Made by a program: the position numbers and the translations under genes. From Planctomycetota bacterium (GTDB taxonomy: Bacteria; Planctomycetota; GCA-002687715), in the NCBI GenBank assembly GCA_002683135.1, contig NYSS01000005.1, positions 35,473-99,472 of the forward strand: a stretch of DNA of 64,000 bases, in the 5' to 3' direction. The notes beneath the pieces are model-generated. The model was not told the origin of the DNA and ran no database searches. It was given only the letters and a program-made list of their open reading frames with translations. Positions 1-9,248 of the stretch are shown piece after piece; the first letter of the stretch is position 1, and each line of letters opens with the position of its first letter.

Positions 1-2509
1 CGGGGAACGCGTTGAGGGTGCGGGTGCTACGTTCGCGGCGGATGACTCCGAGGATCTGCGACGGGTCATCGATGGGCTGTTCGATGAGCCAGAGTCACTC
101 GATCGATGGCGCGGGCGCATCCCCGACCTGCCGCCCATGCCTCACCACGCGGAGTCGGTCGAGCGGGTCTACAAAGAGGTCCTCACATCACGGGCCCCGC
201 TGCCCCGCACACCCGCGATCCTGAGGACGAGGCGACTGCAGGTCCGCTCGTATCAGCTCGAGCTCCGCAACCGCGACATGGAGTCGCAGGGTGGCGAACT
301 GGCGAACCTCAGGAAGGACTACACCCGCGCCAAGACCGCCATGGAAGAGATGGGGTCCTCCCATCGCGAGAAGGACAAGGAGATCGATCGACTGAACATC
401 GAGCTCCTCCAGACACGCCAGGGCGAGGGGAACGCGGGCGACCCCGAAGGCGTCGACGAAGCGGCGGAGGGCCTCGAGGCGCACGGTGAGCGGCGAGAGG
501 GGGGGGCGTTGCTGGAGGTCCGCATGCGCGCGCTCGAGACGGTCAACGCGGCGCTGACCCTGAAACACCGGGAGGCCCGCGCGGCGCTGGCGACACGGGC
601 GGCCGAGATCGGCGCCCTCGAGGGATGTCACGCTGACATCATTCAGGGGAAGCAGGCGCTCGAGCACGTACGCCAAAAGGAAGAGCAGTACTTCATCGAG
701 CTGCGCGAAGCCCTCGAACACGAGCGTGACGCAATCCGTCGCCTGAGAGGCGCGCTCGAAACACAGCGACGGCAACTCGAGGATCTATCGAGCGACAACC
801 TCACGCTGGGCGAAGAGGTCTTCGATTCGCGCGACGGGATCGGCGACAGCGAAGGCAACCCGCCGCAACAAGAGCAAGCGACGGACCCCGCCACCGCGGC
901 CGAGCCCCTCGGGCGGCAGGATTCAGCCCTCCTTCGTGAAATCGCCGAAGCGGAAGGCGACGCCGTGGATGCGATGAGATCCGCCGCGCAACGCCAGGCA
1001 GGGCTCCAGGCGACCGTCGACGAGCGCGACGCGCTGATCCACGAGATGTCGGAGACCCTCGACGGGCTACTCCAGATCGTCGAGTCCACAGATCGCAAGC
1101 AGCATCGCTCGGAGGCCGAGTCAAGCCCCGTCAGGCGCACCGGCGAGAGGCTGAAGATCCTGATGGTCGTCCACCAGTACGTGCCCCGACACGTCGCGGG
1201 CACGGAGGTCTATACCCACAACCTGGCCAAGGCCCTCTCTGCCCGACACGACGTGCTCGTGTTGTCGGCCGAATCCGACTACGACAAGGACCGGTTCGAC
1301 GAGCAACGGGTATACGTCGAAGGCATCCCCGTCCACCAGGTGATTCACAACTACAAGTGGGCGAGCTTCCGAGATACCTACGATTGCCCGGAGGCGGACG
1401 CGATCTTCCGACGCGTCCTTCGCGAGGAGGCGCCGGATGTCGTCCACATCCAGCACCTGCACTACTTCTCGGCCAACTTCGTGACGATCGCGCGGTCACG
1501 CGGCATCCCGGTCGTCTACACCCTCCACGATTACATGCTCATGTGCGCGCGAGACGGCACGCTGCGCCGAGAGGACGGCGAGATCTGCCAGGTCCCCATA
1601 CCCTCCAAGTGCAAAGACTGCATCGCGCACCACGAGCTCGACGGGGCCCCGGCACCGGCCCTGCCCCGGGGATTACGCCCAGGTGTTGACGCGCTGGTCC
1701 CTGACGACGTCGTCCGCGCCATACGCAACATGCGAGTCGACGGGCACGACGCCGGGGACCCACATGAGGAGGCCGCGGCCGAGCGGCTCGACTACCTCAA
1801 GCACGTGCTCGCCGACGTGGACCTGTTCGTATCGCCGAGCGAGTTCCTGCGTCAGCGCTTCATCGACTCGGGGATGGTCGACGCCGACAGGATCATCGCC
1901 TCAGACAACGGGTACGACCTGACCCGGTTCCCCGACGCATCGAAGCGGAGCGCGCCGCCAGTGGATCGCCTGCGGGTCGGATACGTGGGAACGATCGCAG
2001 AGCACAAGGGCATCCATCTCATCGTCGATGCCATGAACCGCATGGACGACGAACGGGTGACCTGCCGCATCTGGGGAGACGTGACCGCCTTCTGGGAGTA
2101 CACCGAGCAACTCCAGCGCTCGATCACGAACCCCAGGACCATCCTGATGGGGCCATTCGACAACGACCGCATCACGGACATCCTCCACGACATCGACCTG
2201 CTGATCGTGCCCTCCGTCTGGTTCGAGAACTCTCCGCTCACCGTGCACGAGGCGGCGGCGTGCGGCATCCCCGTGCTGGCCAGCGACCAGGGCGGGCTAG
2301 CCGAATACGTCCTCCCAGAGATCACGGGGCGGCACTTCGCCCTCGGGGACGCGTCGGACCTGCGGACCAAAATCATGTCGTTCCTCGAGGACCCGATGAC
2401 CGGCTTCGAGCCGGGCACGCTCACGCTCAAGTCCATCGAAGACGACGCCAGAGATACGGAGCAGCGGTACTTCGAGCTCCTCGCGCGGGGGGCGTCCATC
2501 AGTGGCTGA
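1..2509 (+). CDS. Multidomain glycosyltransferase, 5' end outside the window: tail of an upstream GT domain, long coiled coil, then a GT4/GT-B glycosyltransferase domain
   Basis: Frame 2 is open from nt 2 and continuous with ORF 137..2509. Nt 2-136 translate to FAADDSEDLRRVIDGLFDEPESL...VERVYKEVL, typical of the end of a GT4 domain. The next ~300 aa are E/R/L/A/Q-rich and helical. The C-terminal ~450 aa carry KILMVVHQYVPRHVAGTEVYTHNLAKAL and VPSVWFENSPLTVHEAAACGIPVLASDQGGLAEYV. Confidence 0.8.
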   Translation, partial: GERVEGAGATFAADDSEDLRRVIDGLFDEPESLDRWRGRIPDLPPMPHHAESVERVYKEVLTSRAPLPRTPAILRTRRLQVRSYQLELRNRDMESQGGELANLRKDYTRAKTAMEEMGSSHREKDKEIDRLNIELLQTRQGEGNAGDPEGVDEAAEGLEAHGERREGGALLEVRMRALETVNAALTLKHREARAALATRAAEIGALEGCHADIIQGKQALEHVRQKEEQYFIELREALEHERDAIRRLRGALETQRRQLEDLSSDNLTLGEEVFDSRDGIGDSEGNPPQQEQATDPATAAEPLGRQDSALLREIAEAEGDAVDAMRSAAQRQAGLQATVDERDALIHEMSETLDGLLQIVESTDRKQHRSEAESSPVRRTGERLKILMVVHQYVPRHVAGTEVYTHNLAKALSARHDVLVLSAESDYDKDRFDEQRVYVEGIPVHQVIHNYKWASFRDTYDCPEADAIFRRVLREEAPDVVHIQHLHYFSANFVTIARSRGIPVVYTLHDYMLMCARDGTLRREDGEICQVPIPSKCKDCIAHHELDGAPAPALPRGLRPGVDALVPDDVVRAIRNMRVDGHDAGDPHEEAAAERLDYLKHVLADVDLFVSPSEFLRQRFIDSGMVDADRIIASDNGYDLTRFPDASKRSAPPVDRLRVGYVGTIAEHKGIHLIVDAMNRMDDERVTCRIWGDVTAFWEYTEQLQRSITNPRTILMGPFDNDRITDILHDIDLLIVPSVWFENSPLTVHEAAACGIPVLASDQGGLAEYVLPEITGRHFALGDASDLRTKIMSFLEDPMTGFEPGTLTLKSIEDDARDTEQRYFELLARGASISG

Positions 2510-3860
2510 TCATCCCGCGCGGCGAGCGGCGCTCGATACGCTGCTCGCCAGGCAAAGAGGTCGCGTCGATGTCGACGGAGCGGCCATGGCGCGCCTGGAC
2601 CCGCCCCGGAGAAAGCAAGCACACGACCTCGTCCTCGGGGTTCGTCGCAACTTGTTCCTGCTTGACGCCGTCCTCCGCCGGTACCTGAAACAGCCCGTCA
2701 AATCCGTCCCGCCGCCGGTCCGGGAGGCCCTGCGCTGCGGCGTCTATGACCTGGTGTTCAACGAGCGGGTCCCCGCAGCCGCGATCGTTTCCGACACCGT
2801 GGCCCTGATCAGGCGAAGCGGCAGCTTGCGCGGGTTGGTGAACGCGGTGCTGCGTCGCGTGGCGGACGAGTTCGAGGTGGTGGATATGGAGCGCGCGCCA
2901 ACAGATCGGCATCACGTCTGTGCGCGCCCCCAGCGCATCGTGCGATTCGAGCGCCCGGTGCTCCCCGACCCGGATATCGATATCGTCAAGCACTACGCCA
3001 CGCGATACACGTTGACCGAGCTCTTTGTAGGAGCGTTCGTTCACGCGTTGCCAATCGACCACGAGGCCCTGTTCGAGGCGTGCTCCCGACGGATGCCGGT
3101 GTCGCTGCGCCCGGTCGCAGGTGTGAGCCTCGACGAGCTGCGTCGGCGCGTCGAGGCGGCCGGGGCCACCGTGATCGGCGCGCGGGGCGGCGTCATCGAG
3201 ATCCGGTCGAGTGGCCCGATGTCTGGCCTGGCGCCGCTCACCGACGGGAGCGCCGTCGTGCAGGACATGGTCGCAGCCGAGGTGGCTCCGTTCGTCGATC
3301 CGCAGCCGGGCGAGCGGGTCCTCGACCTGTGCGCGCCCCCTGGGGGCAAGACGGTCCACCTCGCCGAGTTGATGAACGGAGAGGGCGAGGTCGTCGCGGC
3401 GCATCTCGGACAAGCGCACACCGCGCGCCTGCGCGAAAACGTGGCGAGGCTCGGTCACGACGGCATCGTGACCCTGCACGACCTGGGCGAGCGCGGAGCC
3501 GCGATGCCCGAGGGTCTGTTCGACCGCGTCCTCGTGGACGCCCCTTGCAGCAACACCGGCGTCCTTATGAAGCGCGTCGACGCGCGCTTCCGGGTCAACG
3601 AAGACGAGCTGCGTCGGCTCGAGGCGCTGCAGCGTGAGCTGCTGATCCGGGCAGCGGACCTGGTGCGCCCCGGGGGCGTCCTGGTGTACGCCACATGCAG
3701 CATCATCCCCGGCGAGAACCACCTGCTGACCCGGCAGCTGATAGAGGCTCGCGGGACATTCCGGATCGACGAGGAGCGGCTGCGGTATCCACACCGCACC
3801 GGTCGGGACGGTGGGTACATGGCCCGGATGGTCCGGGATGGTATGGTCGCTTCATCATGA
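2502..3860 (+). CDS. rsmB: 16S rRNA (cytosine-C5) methyltransferase, RsmB/Sun family
   Basis: NusB-like N-terminus, then DLCAPPGGKT, VLVDAPCSNTGV and YATCSI motifs. The GTG start overlaps the upstream stop by 8 nt. Confidence 0.85.
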   Translation: MADHPARRAALDTLLARQRGRVDVDGAAMARLDPPRRKQAHDLVLGVRRNLFLLDAVLRRYLKQPVKSVPPPVREALRCGVYDLVFNERVPAAAIVSDTVALIRRSGSLRGLVNAVLRRVADEFEVVDMERAPTDRHHVCARPQRIVRFERPVLPDPDIDIVKHYATRYTLTELFVGAFVHALPIDHEALFEACSRRMPVSLRPVAGVSLDELRRRVEAAGATVIGARGGVIEIRSSGPMSGLAPLTDGSAVVQDMVAAEVAPFVDPQPGERVLDLCAPPGGKTVHLAELMNGEGEVVAAHLGQAHTARLRENVARLGHDGIVTLHDLGERGAAMPEGLFDRVLVDAPCSNTGVLMKRVDARFRVNEDELRRLEALQRELLIRAADLVRPGGVLVYATCSIIPGENHLLTRQLIEARGTFRIDEERLRYPHRTGRDGGYMARMVRDGMVASS

Positions 3861-4309
3861 AAAGCCTCGCCCCGCTCGTTGCCCTGATCCTCATTGCCTC
3901 TGCCTGCACCAAGGGCCCGCCACCAACCGCGCAGACGTCCGGTGGCGATCGCAGCGCCCCCAGCCAGACCCTGAAGCGGGCAGCCCCCAACTGGGGGGCG
4001 ATGATCGGCAAGGTGCGCAACCTCGACCAACGCCGGGACAAGATCATCAGCCTGATGCAGGACGCGGTCAGCGAGTTTGACCACTACAAGCGCAGCGAGA
4101 AGAGCGGGTCCCCCGACAAGAAGCGACTCGAGAGCGCCAAGAACTACAAGCTCGAAGCGGGCGACCTGTACGACGGGCTGCGTGAGGACGTGACCCGCGC
4201 CGCCGGCGGTGAGGACCGCGGTGACCAGCTCTGGGAGAAGCGCCTACGGGCGTTCCAGACGAAGTTCGACAAGCTGTCGAAGAAGGTCCGCCGTATCGAG
4301 TTCCGGTGA
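3857..4309 (+). CDS. Small lipoprotein, K/E/R-rich helical, unknown function
   Basis: The internal ATG at 3857 overlaps the rsmB stop (ATGA). MKSLAPLVALILIASAC is a signal peptide plus lipobox. The longer 3695 start would run antisense-like through rsmB. Confidence 0.6.
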   Translation: MKSLAPLVALILIASACTKGPPPTAQTSGGDRSAPSQTLKRAAPNWGAMIGKVRNLDQRRDKIISLMQDAVSEFDHYKRSEKSGSPDKKRLESAKNYKLEAGDLYDGLREDVTRAAGGEDRGDQLWEKRLRAFQTKFDKLSKKVRRIEFR

Positions 4310-4321
4310 CCGCCGGAGACC

Positions 4322-4861
4322 TCAGTCAAGCGGCTCCTTGTCCGCGGCGAGCTCGGCGGCGGTGGCGCGATCGAGGCCGTGGAGGAAGCTGACGCCCTGG
4401 TCGATCATGTAGTCCGTGTGGGCGCAGCGGCGCAGGGCCTCCTCGCCCTCCTCATCAGCGAGGTCCGCTATTTCGAAGCGCTGCTCGACCATCCACCCGA
4501 GGAGGTCGAGGATCACGCGCTCCGCATCACGGCTCTTCGCCAATTCGTGATGCATGAACCCGACGACGCACGCGTGGCTGACCTCCGTCATGCAGTGCTC
4601 GTAGAGGAGCCGGCCCTTGCTGATGAGGCGCGCGTACTCGGCGCGATTCGTCTCCCGGATACGCTCCACGCGGCGGCCGCGCTCCCCGGATGCCGTGGTC
4701 GACTCCAGCAAGCCGCTCGTGAGGACCGCGTGCAACTGACTCGTGCCCACCCCCAGCGGCGCACCCTTCGCTTCGAGCAGCCGCTCGTTTTGGTCGAGCG
4801 CTTCGTGGGAGAACCCCCGGTCGAGGCGATCGCGATGGGAGAGGCAGAAGTCGAGGATCAT
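4322..4861 (-). CDS. Hypothetical protein co-transcribed with fmt
   Basis: 179-aa ORF whose ATG overlaps the fmt stop (ATGA at 4858-4861). Helical, acidic C-terminus. No family recognised. Confidence 0.5.
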   Translation of the reverse strand: MILDFCLSHRDRLDRGFSHEALDQNERLLEAKGAPLGVGTSQLHAVLTSGLLESTTASGERGRRVERIRETNRAEYARLISKGRLLYEHCMTEVSHACVVGFMHHELAKSRDAERVILDLLGWMVEQRFEIADLADEEGEEALRRCAHTDYMIDQGVSFLHGLDRATAAELAADKEPLD

Positions 4862-5853
4862 GAGTCGAGAACGGCGCCCATTTCGACAGGGTAACCCCGC
4901 AGGAACGCCGCCGCATCCATGGGCCGCTTTCCGGCGGGCTTCAGCCGCAGTAAGGCGAGGGCTCCCTCCCCCGCCGCGACGATGAACCGATCATTCGACG
5001 CAGCCACGACCTCGCCCGGCGCGCCGTTGACGTCCATCTCCAGCCCCACCGCCTCCACGACAACGCGCTGCTCTCGGCCCCTCACCGGCACCGTCGTGTA
5101 GGCGCCAGGCCAGGGGTCGTAGGCCCGTACCCGACGTTCCAGTTCGATCGCGGAGCACCTCCAGTCCAGGCGCGCCTCGGTCTTCTGGATGAGCCCGCAG
5201 GTGGTGGCCAGGTCATGCTCCTGCGGGCGCGAGACAGCCATCCCTCCGTCAAGCCCGCGCAGCGCATCGACGAGCAGCGCCGCGCCGCGCCGCGCCAACT
5301 CGTCATGCAGATCGCCGCCCGTCTCGTTTCCCTTCAGCGTCATCCGGTCCTGTAACAGCACCGGCCCGCTGTCCAGCCCCTCGTCCATCAGCATGACCGT
5401 CACCCCGGTCTCCGCGTCGCCCGCCAACACCGCCGCCTGAACCGGAGACGCGCCTCGATGGCGTGGCAAGAGAGACCCGTGCACGTTCACGCATCCGAGC
5501 CGGGGAATGGCCAGCACCTTGGGCCGCAGGATCTGGCCGTACGCGATGACGACGAGCGCGTCTGGCCGCTGCTCGTCGATGCGTGCCCGTGGCTCGGGTC
5601 GATTCAACTTCTCGGGTTGAAACAGCGGGAGCCCGAGCCGCGTGGCCTCCGCTGCCAGCGGCGGCGGCGTCGCGGTCCCGCTCCGCCCCTTGGCCCTATC
5701 GGGCTGGGAGATCACCAACGCCGGTGCGAGGCCGGCCTCGACGAGGGCCCCGAGTGATGGGACTCCAAACGCTCCGGTTCCGGCGAAGACGATGTTCAAC
5801 CGTCGCTCCCGAGCAGCTTCCTCGCCTTGGCGGCGGCGCCGGTTTTTGGCCAC
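4858..5853 (-). CDS. fmt: Methionyl-tRNA formyltransferase
   Basis: IVFAGTGAFGVPSL, NVHGSLLPRHRGASPVQAAVLAGD, and a C-terminal Fmt domain. An alternative TTG start at 5799 would give a TTGA overlap with the upstream stop instead of a 58-nt overlap. Confidence 0.9.
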   Translation of the reverse strand: MAKNRRRRQGEEAARERRLNIVFAGTGAFGVPSLGALVEAGLAPALVISQPDRAKGRSGTATPPPLAAEATRLGLPLFQPEKLNRPEPRARIDEQRPDALVVIAYGQILRPKVLAIPRLGCVNVHGSLLPRHRGASPVQAAVLAGDAETGVTVMLMDEGLDSGPVLLQDRMTLKGNETGGDLHDELARRGAALLVDALRGLDGGMAVSRPQEHDLATTCGLIQKTEARLDWRCSAIELERRVRAYDPWPGAYTTVPVRGREQRVVVEAVGLEMDVNGAPGEVVAASNDRFIVAAGEGALALLRLKPAGKRPMDAAAFLRGYPVEMGAVLDS

Positions 5854-7010
5854 TGCTTCACGATCCGCTCCAGCGCCGCGCGCGCCGCCTCCTTCTTGCG
5901 CTGTCGCAGCAACGTGCGCGCCGCCTTGAGCTCGAGCTCGGCTTCCTCCGATGCCGCCTGCTTCGACACCAGCGGCGCAATATCCGCGTCCGCACTCAGG
6001 GCCGCAAGGCGCTCGCGAGCCTGGCCCGCAAGGGGCGAACCCGCGGCGAGGCTAATCACGCGGTAATACGCCTTCACCGCCTTCACGTATTCGCGCCCCC
6101 GCTCGTACCCCTTCGCCTTGTCAAAGCTCGGACGCGCGCGGTCCTCCGCCTTGATGAGCTTGGCAGCCGCGCGACCCGCCTTCGTCCTCGACAGCTTGGA
6201 TTCGGCCTTTCTAAGGGCTCGCGCCAACTCCGTGCCACGGAACGCGACGACCCCGCTGCGGAGGAGCCGGAGCGCGCCGAGCACGTCTCCCGCCTCGGCT
6301 GCCGCCGCCGCCCGCAACGCGAGCTCTTCCCCCTTGGTCATCAACGCCGCGCGCACCGCGCCGGTCTCGCTGGCCAGCGGCGTGCCCTGGGCCATCCTGT
6401 CAGCTTCGGCCAGGGCCTTGCCGCTTCCGATGTAGTCGTCAGCGTTCATCGCCACCTTGGCTCGGCCTATCAGGCTCAGGACCTCAGCGTACTCCGCTCG
6501 GGTCAGGCCGCGGCCTCCAAGCTTGGAGCGCGCATCCTTGATCGCATCCAGATAAGACCCCGTAGGCATGACATCCGAGATGACCCGAATCTTCGTCTCG
6601 TCGGCGAGCACGACGCAGTGGGTCGGCGTCGCGACACGCCCGTCGGGCCAGAACGTCAGCCGCACCTCCATCTCGAGATTCTTGTGATCCTCGCACTTGA
6701 CGTGCCCGAACTTGGAACAGACCCGCACGCTCTTCCCGTCGACCTTTGCCTCCACCGGCTTGTGTGTATTCGGACAGGCCAGAACTGCCACCGTACGCCG
6801 GCTGGCTTGGATGAACGCGTCTTCTTTGTAGAGCCCCGCCACGATGCGATCGTTCGCTTCCTCTCCGTCCATGACGAAGGCAACGAGAAGCGGGACGTTG
6901 CGACGCCTGGCGTCCTCTGTGGCCCCCTCCCACGTTCCTCTCCACCACGCGACGCCCTGTCCCGTCAGGGCATTCGTCAACAAGACCATGGCTATGAGGG
7001 TGCGCTTCAT
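5796..7010 (-). CDS. Secreted thioredoxin-fold-like domain protein with helical (TPR-like) C-terminal half
   Basis: Start taken at MKRTLIAMVLLTNALTGQG (signal peptide). N-terminal WRGTWEGATEDARRRNVPLLVAFVMDGEEAND...CPNTHKP...C..FGHVKCEDH resembles thioredoxin-like/DUF255-type domains. The rest is A/L/R-rich and helical. Confidence 0.65.
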   Translation of the reverse strand: MKRTLIAMVLLTNALTGQGVAWWRGTWEGATEDARRRNVPLLVAFVMDGEEANDRIVAGLYKEDAFIQASRRTVAVLACPNTHKPVEAKVDGKSVRVCSKFGHVKCEDHKNLEMEVRLTFWPDGRVATPTHCVVLADETKIRVISDVMPTGSYLDAIKDARSKLGGRGLTRAEYAEVLSLIGRAKVAMNADDYIGSGKALAEADRMAQGTPLASETGAVRAALMTKGEELALRAAAAAEAGDVLGALRLLRSGVVAFRGTELARALRKAESKLSRTKAGRAAAKLIKAEDRARPSFDKAKGYERGREYVKAVKAYYRVISLAAGSPLAGQARERLAALSADADIAPLVSKQAASEEAELELKAARTLLRQRKKEAARAALERIVKQWPKTGAAAKARKLLGSDG

Positions 7011-7069
7011 GCTCGATCTCCGATCAGGGCCGGCCATTGTAAGTCACGCCGTGATAGCCTTGGACACGA

Positions 7070-8200
7070 ATGGCCCTGCCGCCCCTGGAACCGGATAACG
7101 ACGTCGTCACGCACCGCCTCGAGTCCTTCGATGACCTCGGCGACGTGCAGGTCGATAAGGGCTTCTGTTACGTAAGTTGTGATAACTGCGGCTTCACCGG
7201 GTGGGACCGGACCTTCACCGCCTGGCCCGACAACGCCTACGAGTCGCCATCCGCGCTGGTTACGTTCGTAGAGGGCCAAGGGCGCGAGGAGCGGGTGCGC
7301 AAGTGCCCGGATTGCCACGAAGAGGCCCGCCTTGAGGGGCTACGCGTGTTCGTCGCCGCCGGAACCCTCGATCGCGAACTGATCGCCGAGTACGACGCCC
7401 ACAAGGGGCGAACGGGCTTCTTGCTCATGGACGGGTCAGGGGTCCTCGATGGTGACCCACCAGACGGCGAGGCGCTGCGGAGCGCATGCCTCGACTCCTG
7501 CGTGCGGGCCGGATCGTTCATGGCGGAGGTGACGCCGGCCCGACGTGACGAGGCTGCGAGGCTGTTTGCGGTGGTCGCGAAGGCTCGTCCCGGCCAGCCC
7601 CAGCCCCACCTCGCCCTCGCTCGTCTCGCCTTCGAAGCCGGGGACGAGGAGGGAGCCGCCGGACACGCGGACCGCGCCGCAGGCTGTGCGGACGACGACG
7701 CGGAGGCGTCCTCCGAGCTCGCCCGCTTGTTCGGCGACCTGGCGATCACCAACTCAGACGGAGCACATCTCGACGCCGCCGTTCGTTGGTACACCCGCGC
7801 GATGGCGCTCTCCCCCGACGACCGGCGCCTGAACCTGGCGATCGCACGGCTGCTCATTCAGATTGGCCACTTCCAGGAAGCCGCAAAACACCTCGAGCGG
7901 GCCGCCGCCTATCCCTCCACGACGCTCGAGGCCCGCTACCTGCAAGGAGTGATGGCCGTGCACGAGGGTCGCCCGCGGGTCGCCGCACAGTTGCTATCTG
8001 AGCTCTCTGAGGACGTCCCAGGAGACCCCAGCGTTCTGCACATGTTCGCCTGGGCCGCAGCCCAATGCGGTGATCGCGAGACCGCGGAGGGGGCCTTAGC
8101 TCAAGCCGCACGCCTGTCCGGCGGCAAGGAAGACCAGGCTTACTTCGTTGGGCTGGTCGCCGAGACGCTGGAGGAAGCACAGGAAGAGCGGGCAGACTGA
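7070..8200 (+). CDS. Zinc-ribbon plus TPR repeat protein
   Basis: The N-terminus has CDNC...CPDC cysteine pairs. The C-terminal 200 aa show TPR-like A/L/Y periodicity (AVRWYTRAMALSPDD..., AAKHLERAAAYPS...). Confidence 0.65.
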   Translation: MALPPLEPDNDVVTHRLESFDDLGDVQVDKGFCYVSCDNCGFTGWDRTFTAWPDNAYESPSALVTFVEGQGREERVRKCPDCHEEARLEGLRVFVAAGTLDRELIAEYDAHKGRTGFLLMDGSGVLDGDPPDGEALRSACLDSCVRAGSFMAEVTPARRDEAARLFAVVAKARPGQPQPHLALARLAFEAGDEEGAAGHADRAAGCADDDAEASSELARLFGDLAITNSDGAHLDAAVRWYTRAMALSPDDRRLNLAIARLLIQIGHFQEAAKHLERAAAYPSTTLEARYLQGVMAVHEGRPRVAAQLLSELSEDVPGDPSVLHMFAWAAAQCGDRETAEGALAQAARLSGGKEDQAYFVGLVAETLEEAQEERAD

Positions 8201-8238
8201 GCTTGCTCAGATCAACCCCCCGCCCACAGGGCGGAGGA

Positions 8239-9159
8239 TCAGAACGTGATCTCGACCACCTGGGACGCGAGGAGCTGTCCGGTCGGTGCGAGCATTGCAA
8301 CCACGGCCTCGATGTGAAGACCTGGCGGCACGCTGCCGACAGGGGCGGCGAAAACCAGCGAGCCCTGTGGATCGAGCCACCCGTGAAGCGGGCTACCGGG
8401 CTGCGCAGGATGGATGCTCCCCAGGGCGTCCCAGGCGAGGCCAAGGACGGGCCCCGAGCCGTTCGGGACAAGGTCGACCGTAGAGGTCAGCGTGACGAAC
8501 TCCGCGCCAGGGATCGCCGGGGTCGTCTGGATGACCACGGACACGTCGCCAGCTCCGGAGGTGGTCACGGTGAGGCCTACGCTCTGGCTCGCACCTTGCC
8601 CTGGATTCGACGCGCACGCCGTCGCGCTGGCGATCGCCCAATCGGACGCCGCGTCCGTGTCCTGATTGCTCGCGCGCGCGCAGCCGTCCCCGCTCAGCGA
8701 GAAGAGACCGGTCCACGTCGCCCCGATCGGTAGGTGCGGCGGCGCGATCGGCCCTCCCGCTCCCTGTCGATACACGTAATCCACCGCTGTCTGCTGTGGG
8801 CTCCGCAAAATGACCTCGACGCTCCTCACGGAAGTCCAGCTGTAATTAGAGCCCGTCGAGATCGAACACGGCAGCGTCCCTGCCGCGCCAGATGCCCCGT
8901 ACTCTTGGAGCACGAGGAACCCACCCGACGGGACCAGGGTCGCGAACGGAATCGTGAACGTCCCCTCCAAGATCGGCATCCCGGATCCCGACTGGTACGT
9001 CGTTACGCTCCAGCCTCCGAGATCGAACGGGACGCCGCTCACGTTCCTCAACTCGACCCAGTCGGGCGAGCCGGTGTGGAACTCGTTGATCACGACCTGC
9101 GACGGCGCGGCGGCGGCGAGGGCGAGCAACACAAGAATGGGGCCTCGGGCGGAGGTCAT
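8239..9159 (-). CDS. Secreted lamin-tail-domain (LTD) protein
   Basis: Signal peptide MTSARGPILVLLALAAAAPS, then VVINEFHTGSPDWVELRNVSGVPFDLGGWSV, the typical LTD signature. Confidence 0.7.
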   Translation of the reverse strand: MTSARGPILVLLALAAAAPSQVVINEFHTGSPDWVELRNVSGVPFDLGGWSVTTYQSGSGMPILEGTFTIPFATLVPSGGFLVLQEYGASGAAGTLPCSISTGSNYSWTSVRSVEVILRSPQQTAVDYVYRQGAGGPIAPPHLPIGATWTGLFSLSGDGCARASNQDTDAASDWAIASATACASNPGQGASQSVGLTVTTSGAGDVSVVIQTTPAIPGAEFVTLTSTVDLVPNGSGPVLGLAWDALGSIHPAQPGSPLHGWLDPQGSLVFAAPVGSVPPGLHIEAVVAMLAPTGQLLASQVVEITF

Positions 9160-9248
9160 GGCACGGGAAGGTTACCCCCGAAAAAGACCCGCGGGGGCCC
9201 GTCAAAAGACGCGCGCACGGAGCCCATTCGCTGCCGGCGCTCCGGGTT

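Noticed and set aside
4322-4861. The fmt-coupled ORF might be a cryptic peptide deformylase. It has GVGTSQ (~aa 37), EHCMT (~aa 88) and HHELAK (~aa 104), in the same order as the PDF motifs GxGxAAxQ, EGCLS and HExxH.
   Set aside because: Motif 1 is two residues short. The spacing between the Cys and HE motifs is about 14 aa instead of about 40. The second His of HExxH is a Lys. The protein also looks all-helical. The resemblance is most likely chance, but a profile search would settle it.
5583-7175. Many very long ORFs lie antisense to, or out of frame with, recognisable genes. Examples: 5583..7175 (+), 9480..10880 (+), 14374..15462 (+), 18501..19925 (+), 23344..24234 (-), 26596..28050 (+), 36405..37679 (-), 36697..38145 (-), 43805..44941 (-), 56972..57865 (-) and 60663..61658 (-).
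   Set aside because: Their translations are R/P/A/G/S-rich low-complexity strings with no motifs. They fully overlap genes that have clear family signatures. Long shadow ORFs are expected in high-GC DNA because stop codons are AT-rich.
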